A stretch of 64,000 bases of DNA from Gemmatimonadales bacterium (GTDB taxonomy: Bacteria; Gemmatimonadota; Gemmatimonadetes; Gemmatimonadales; GWC2-71-9): positions 2,624,001 to 2,688,000 of the forward strand of contig OZ252244.1 of NCBI GenBank assembly GCA_965249575.1, given 5' to 3'. Within the stretch, counting starts at the first letter, position 1. The number at the start of each line of letters is the position of its first letter. Below the pieces are notes generated by a model that saw only the letters and a list, made by a program, of their open reading frames with translations, ran no database searches and was not told where the DNA came from. The position numbers and the translations under genes are program-made. This document shows positions 60,321 to 64,000 of this stretch, piece by piece.

Positions 60321-61165
60321 CGCTTCGGCACCAAGCGCGTCACTCCATCGGCATCCTCCCGGATCTCGACGGACGACGGCGGCGTTCCCGGGGCGCGCGC
60401 GCGCCGGACCGCTTCTCGGAGTGGCGTGTCGAAGTACTTGAGACTCCGAGGCTGGGTGCTGCCGCTGGCGGGGCGGTAGGCCCGGGCCCGCTCCGCGACG
60501 AGGCGCTCGGCCACCTCGACGGGAATGCCATCGGTCTCCCACGACACGACACCCTCCTGCGTGGACGCCGGCACTTCCCGGGGGTGCGTGATGTGTGGGT
60601 TGTCACGGATCCCCGCGTTCAACGCGATGACACAGCGCACGGTGTAGGGCAGGGACGGCCCCCCGTTCGTCACGGCAGACGGGCCCACACGCGTAGCTGC
60701 AGCAGCCTTGGTATTGGGAGTGGGACTGGTACTGGGACTGGTGTTGGTACTGGGACTGGTATTGGTATTAGGGGAAGTAGATCGCCCCCCGATCTCCCCC
60801 CGATCGGGGGTAGACTTTTCTGTATCCTGTGGCGTCGCACGGGGATGGCGGAACTTCCCCGGGTTCTTGATGTGCTGGTGTCTCATGAGCGTTGGGATCT
60901 CGGCGTACATCTCATCACCGATCTGGTAGGTGCGGATGCGCTTCGCATCACGCAACTGCTCCATCGCCTCCTGGACCGCGGCGGCGCTGAACTCGGGCCA
61001 CCGGGTGAACATCTCCCCGTAGACGAGGTCGGGATCCGCTCGGGCCACCCCCCCATCGTCGGCCAGCAACCAGAGCGCCTGGTAGACGAGCGCCGCCCTC
61101 GCCCCGAGTGGGGCGATCCGCCGGTCACGGAAGAACTCGGGTTTCAAGGTGCGCTGCCTCGCCAC
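60317..61165 (-). CDS. Phage replication initiator (replisome-organiser type)
   Basis: MARQRTLKPEFFRD, LWLLADDGG, HQHI, low-complexity linker, SLKYF; coupled to the DnaC-like gene. Confidence 0.75.
   Translation of the reverse strand: MARQRTLKPEFFRDRRIAPLGARAALVYQALWLLADDGGVARADPDLVYGEMFTRWPEFSAAAVQEAMEQLRDAKRIRTYQIGDEMYAEIPTLMRHQHIKNPGKFRHPRATPQDTEKSTPDRGEIGGRSTSPNTNTSPSTNTSPSTSPTPNTKAAAATRVGPSAVTNGGPSLPYTVRCVIALNAGIRDNPHITHPREVPASTQEGVVSWETDGIPVEVAERLVAERARAYRPASGSTQPRSLKYFDTPLREAVRRARAPGTPPSSVEIREDADGVTRLVPKR
60708..60769. repeat. About 10 tandem degenerate hexamers (YTGGKA) inside the initiator gene
   Basis: ttggta ttggga gtggga ctggta ctggga ctggtg ttggta ctggga ctggta ttggta. Confidence 0.8.
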
Positions 61166-61168
61166 CGC

Positions 61169-61258
61169 TCAGGTGGCTTTCCGCTGCCGCACGTCGATCC
61201 GTCCCTTCAGTCGGGGATACCGCTCGAGCAACTCCCGCGAGAGGCTGGGCTGCGTCAT
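61169..61258 (-). CDS. 29-aa basic micro-ORF
   Basis: MTQPSLSRELLERYPRLKGRIDVRQRKAT; ATGA overlap upstream, 3 nt before the initiator. Confidence 0.4.
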   Translation of the reverse strand: MTQPSLSRELLERYPRLKGRIDVRQRKAT

Positions 61259-61554
61259 CGCATCTCGCGTTCGAGCCGACGCGCTTCGCGTTCGGCAGTC
61301 GCCTGGCGTTCCACGGTCGCGAGCAAGCGTTCGACGTCCTGGGCCGTGCACGGTCGCCCCATCTTGACGAGACGCGCCACATCCCAGAGTGCGACGCGAT
61401 GGCTAGCGAGCTGGGGATGGTCTCGGAGCACGCGGCGAAAGCGGTCGGCTTCCGTGCGCGTCGTCGTGAGCGTGGCTTCGGTCACCGTGCCCCGCATGGG
61501 CTTGTACGCTTTGCCCCCCACGGGAAGACTGCGCACGTCCCGGGGCTCGCTCAC
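61255..61554 (-). CDS. Phage hypothetical protein
   Basis: MSEPRDVRSLPVGG...; GTGA overlap with the bet stop. Confidence 0.55.
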   Translation of the reverse strand: MSEPRDVRSLPVGGKAYKPMRGTVTEATLTTTRTEADRFRRVLRDHPQLASHRVALWDVARLVKMGRPCTAQDVERLLATVERQATAEREARRLEREMR

Positions 61555-62345
61555 GAAAGCGGCACCTCCGCGTCGGCCTGCTCGCCCGCCGCAATGGCCG
61601 CCGGCTTCTCTTCGTAACTGTCGCCTTGCTGGCGGCGCCGTTCGAGCTCCTCGCGCGCCGCGTCCTGCCAGAACGTGGTCTCCGCCCCGAACTCGCGCTC
61701 GGGCTGCGCCATCCACTCGAGGTACTTGCCCGACAGTTCGGAGAGTTTCTTGCCCTCGAACTTCCCGAACGTGAGCAGGACTTCCCCATTCGCATCGGCC
61801 CGCGGCTTCCGCTGATCCGGTCGGCCCGCCTGGTCCATCTCGGCATCCACGTAGAGGCCCGACATTTCGGCGGGAAACGCTTTCCGCAGGGCGAGGGCTT
61901 CGGCACACTTGCCGAGCATCAGGTGCGGCATCTTCTTCCACATGAAACCCTGCCGGTCCCCCGGGTAGTACTGGTCCCAGCGGGCCGTCGCCTGAAAGGC
62001 GCACCGCTGCCCCTGCACCAGCTTGTAGACGGTGACCGTCGCTTTCTTCGGATCCGCTTCGTCGTCGAACACCGGGTCGTCGTTGCCCGCGTATTGGCCG
62101 GTGCGGTCGGCGATCAGCCGGTAGCCGTCGATGCTCGCCTGCAACACCATCTTCCCCTGGCGCTTGACGGCGTAGATTTGCCGCGCGAGGGGATCCAACC
62201 CCTGCCGCTGCGCCGAGTAGATGAACAGCTGCAACTCGTCGTCGGTCAGATGCTGGTCGCGCGCGAGCGTGTTCTTGATCAGCGCGATTTGGTCCGGCGA
62301 AAACCGCACCGCCCCATTCGTCGTGGTTCGTAGATTGTCTCCCAT
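61551..62345 (-). CDS. bet: Phage recombination protein Bet (Red-beta/RecT family) with C-terminal DUF3820-like domain
   Basis: GLDPLARQIYAVKR, SIDGYRLIADRTGQYAG, WKKMPHLMLGKCAEALALRKAFP, GLYVDAEM; GGAGG RBS. Confidence 0.9.
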   Translation of the reverse strand: MGDNLRTTTNGAVRFSPDQIALIKNTLARDQHLTDDELQLFIYSAQRQGLDPLARQIYAVKRQGKMVLQASIDGYRLIADRTGQYAGNDDPVFDDEADPKKATVTVYKLVQGQRCAFQATARWDQYYPGDRQGFMWKKMPHLMLGKCAEALALRKAFPAEMSGLYVDAEMDQAGRPDQRKPRADANGEVLLTFGKFEGKKLSELSGKYLEWMAQPEREFGAETTFWQDAAREELERRRQQGDSYEEKPAAIAAGEQADAEVPLS

Positions 62346-62437
62346 CTTGACACCTCCGGCGTTCGTCCCCATCGTGGGGATGCATGAAGTTTCCTCGGCC
62401 CCGTTCGGTGTTCGCGCACCGGGCGGGGCGCTCTGCG

Positions 62438-62536
62438 TCAACGAGTTGGCTGACGCCTCAACGGATTGTCTCCCCGCAGGCAATCATCGATCCAGAGGAC
62501 CGCGACGGCCGTCACGACGATCCAGAGCAGCGTCAC
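62438..62536 (-). CDS. 32-aa hydrophobic micro-ORF
   Basis: MTLLWIVVTAVAVLWIDD...; GTGA overlap. Confidence 0.4.
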   Translation of the reverse strand: MTLLWIVVTAVAVLWIDDCLRGDNPLRRQPTR

Positions 62537-62877
62537 GCGACGACCTGCAAGCCCTGCGCGGCGGCGAACGGCGCGATACGGTGCTGAAACGACGTGGGCC
62601 CGAAGCTCGAGACCACCACGGGGATGTCGTCGACGCTCGCGATGACGCCCGTGCGCGGCAGCTGTTCGACTTCGTCCCGCACTTCGAGAAACCCGAACAC
62701 CGTCCACTGCTGCCCGGTCCCACGCATGGCGAGGACGCGCGTCATCCCCTCCGGCACCCCCTGGCCCGTCGCGAAGGCCAAGCTCATCGGTTGCCGATTC
62801 CGCACCCACCAGCCGTGCGAGCGGAACCAGTGCTCCAACTCGTCCGTGGTGACGGGATGACCCGCGGGACACAGCAT
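62533..62877 (-). CDS. Phage hypothetical protein
   Basis: MLCPAGHPVTT...; TGATG overlap and GGGAG RBS. Confidence 0.55.
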   Translation of the reverse strand: MLCPAGHPVTTDELEHWFRSHGWWVRNRQPMSLAFATGQGVPEGMTRVLAMRGTGQQWTVFGFLEVRDEVEQLPRTGVIASVDDIPVVVSSFGPTSFQHRIAPFAAAQGLQVVA

Positions 62878-63095
62878 CAGTTCTCCCCGATGCGCGGCGC
62901 ATCGATCATTGCGGTCGGGCCCCGGTCGAGAAAGCGGAGCGCGCGGCGATGCGAGACTGCGAGCGCGTCCTTCGAACGGCGAACGACGGTGCGGCGCGCT
63001 TGCCGCAGATCCCACGAATGCAGGGCGACGACGAACACGGCCGAGGCCATCGAGAACGCCACGACGCCCCGCCAGAACGAGGGCCAGTGGATCAC
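62877..63095 (-). CDS. Small single-TM phage protein
   Basis: FWRGVVAFSMASAVFVVAL plus basic tail. Confidence 0.55.
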   Translation of the reverse strand: MIHWPSFWRGVVAFSMASAVFVVALHSWDLRQARRTVVRRSKDALAVSHRRALRFLDRGPTAMIDAPRIGEN

Positions 63096-63286
63096 TCGTC
63101 ACTCCAGGCCGTGTATTCCTTGTCAGCCCGGTCGATGATGTCTTGGATGGTCCGCGCCAACTCGAACGACGGCCAACTCGTTTTGGAGAGCTGGTGGCCG
63201 AGGTCCCGCCACTCGCTCACCGTCATGGTCACGTCGAGCGTCGCCTTGACGCTGCCGACGTCGTTCAAGCGATCGCTGGCCTTCAC
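63092..63286 (-). CDS. Phage hypothetical protein
   Basis: MKASDRLNDVGSVKATLDVTMTVSEW...; GGAGG RBS, GTGA overlaps. Confidence 0.55.
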   Translation of the reverse strand: MKASDRLNDVGSVKATLDVTMTVSEWRDLGHQLSKTSWPSFELARTIQDIIDRADKEYTAWSDE

Positions 63287-63654
63287 GCCGCCTCCTGCAA
63301 CCGGAACTCGTCCGCCTGCTGCCCCGCCATGCTCCACAGGTCGATGCCGTGTTCGCGCTGGAAGGTGTGAATCCCCAGCTGATGCTGGAGCGCGTGATGG
63401 TGCGCGCAGAGACTCACGGCGCCCCCGAGATCCGTCCCACCGGCCCCCCGACTGCGCACATGCGCGACCTGCACCGGCTCCGGCTGGTTGCACTCGGGGA
63501 TCACGCAGCGTTGCGCGCGCAGCCAGATGCGGAATTGTTTGTGGACACGCTTCGGGAACCGATGCCCGCCCTTCGCCCGCAAGGGGGTGGACCGCGTGGG
63601 CGGCTTCCCCGGCCGCAGGGGGGTGGACCGGGGTACCGGGGTTCCGCGCTTCAC
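63283..63654 (-). CDS. DUF968-like HNH-fold nuclease
   Basis: WLRAQRCVIPEC, VAHVRSRGAGG, SLCAHHHALQH, FQREHGIDL. Confidence 0.75.
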   Translation of the reverse strand: MKRGTPVPRSTPLRPGKPPTRSTPLRAKGGHRFPKRVHKQFRIWLRAQRCVIPECNQPEPVQVAHVRSRGAGGTDLGGAVSLCAHHHALQHQLGIHTFQREHGIDLWSMAGQQADEFRLQEAA

Positions 63655-63794
63655 GGGGTCCCCGCAAAGCAGCGGTGAGAGTTCCGAGTCGAGGATGCAG
63701 TCGTGCGCCTGCAGATTTCGCGACGGCGGCGGTGAAGGAGTGTCGGGTACGCCGCAGCCGCAGTCGGCGGGAGGGCGGGTAGGTTTGCCGTCAC
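63651..63794 (-). CDS. 47-aa phage hypothetical protein
   Basis: GTGA overlaps at both ends. Confidence 0.35.
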   Translation of the reverse strand: MTANLPALPPTAAAAYPTLLHRRRREICRRTTASSTRNSHRCFAGTP

Positions 63795-64000
63795 CGGCCC
63801 ACCCCGTGTTGCGCATCGCCCGCCGCCAGCTGGCACCGCAGCGCATGCAGCGCCCGCAGAATCACCACGCGCCGCTGCTTCCAGTTCGCGTCCGTCGGCG
63901 CAAACCCGTACATCGTTTGGCTCACGTCTTCCGCGCCGTCGGCGTGCTGTTCGGCGACCTCGAGATCCGCCGTCAGGGCGGTGTATTGCTGGTAGTAGCC
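63791..64000 (-). CDS. Phage hypothetical protein, 5'-partial
   Basis: Open frame from the window end: GYYQQYTALTADLEVAEQ...HGVGR*. Confidence 0.5.
   Translation of the reverse strand, partial: GYYQQYTALTADLEVAEQHADGAEDVSQTMYGFAPTDANWKQRRVVILRALHALRCQLAAGDAQHGVGR

Larger units (their letters stand above)
56747..64000 (-). mobile_element. Prophage-like element integrated at the tRNA-Thr 3' end, extends beyond window
   Basis: Integrase stop 15 nt from the tRNA end; xis-like, DnaC-like, initiator, Bet, DUF968 and many small overlapping ORFs. Confidence 0.88.

Noticed and set aside
60708..60769. CRISPR array
   Set aside because: Tandem hexamers without spacers inside a CDS; no cas genes or repeat-spacer arrays in the window.

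Overview
High-GC bacterial chromosome segment, most consistent with Gemmatimonadota (inferred from the SusC/SusD pair, LVIVD propeller paralogs and DUF4159/MoxR operon; not checked by search). Layout from left to right: (1) 1-16.3 kb, SusC/SusD plus four exported LVIVD beta-propeller paralogs, two orphan copies of their invariant C-terminal tail, and amide/amino-acid enzymes; (2) 16.5-33 kb, a minus-strand MoxR/DUF58/VWA module with twin DUF4159, a TPR-gluzincin and a Cys-less caspase-like protein; (3) 33-37.7 kb, an NHEJ locus (MerR-HTH/TPR, Ku, LigD) with twin divergent near-leaderless promoters; (4) 37.7-51 kb, mixed stress and metabolic genes, including an ankyrin / Omp85 barrel / exported kinase-fold trio; (5) egtD, bioBFDA, nfuA-like, a receiver protein, tRNA-Leu(GAG) and tRNA-Thr(CGT); (6) 56.75 kb to the window end, a prophage-like element at tRNA-Thr (integrase, xis-like, DnaC-like loader, initiator, Bet, DUF968). 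Five single-base frameshifts and two in-frame TAG codons fall in otherwise intact genes and are probably mostly consensus errors. Best candidates for uncharacterised systems: the Omp85 + exported kinase module, the LVIVD array with its repeated tail, the extended MoxR module, and the MerR-TPR gene tied to Ku/LigD. All family assignments come from motif recognition by eye.
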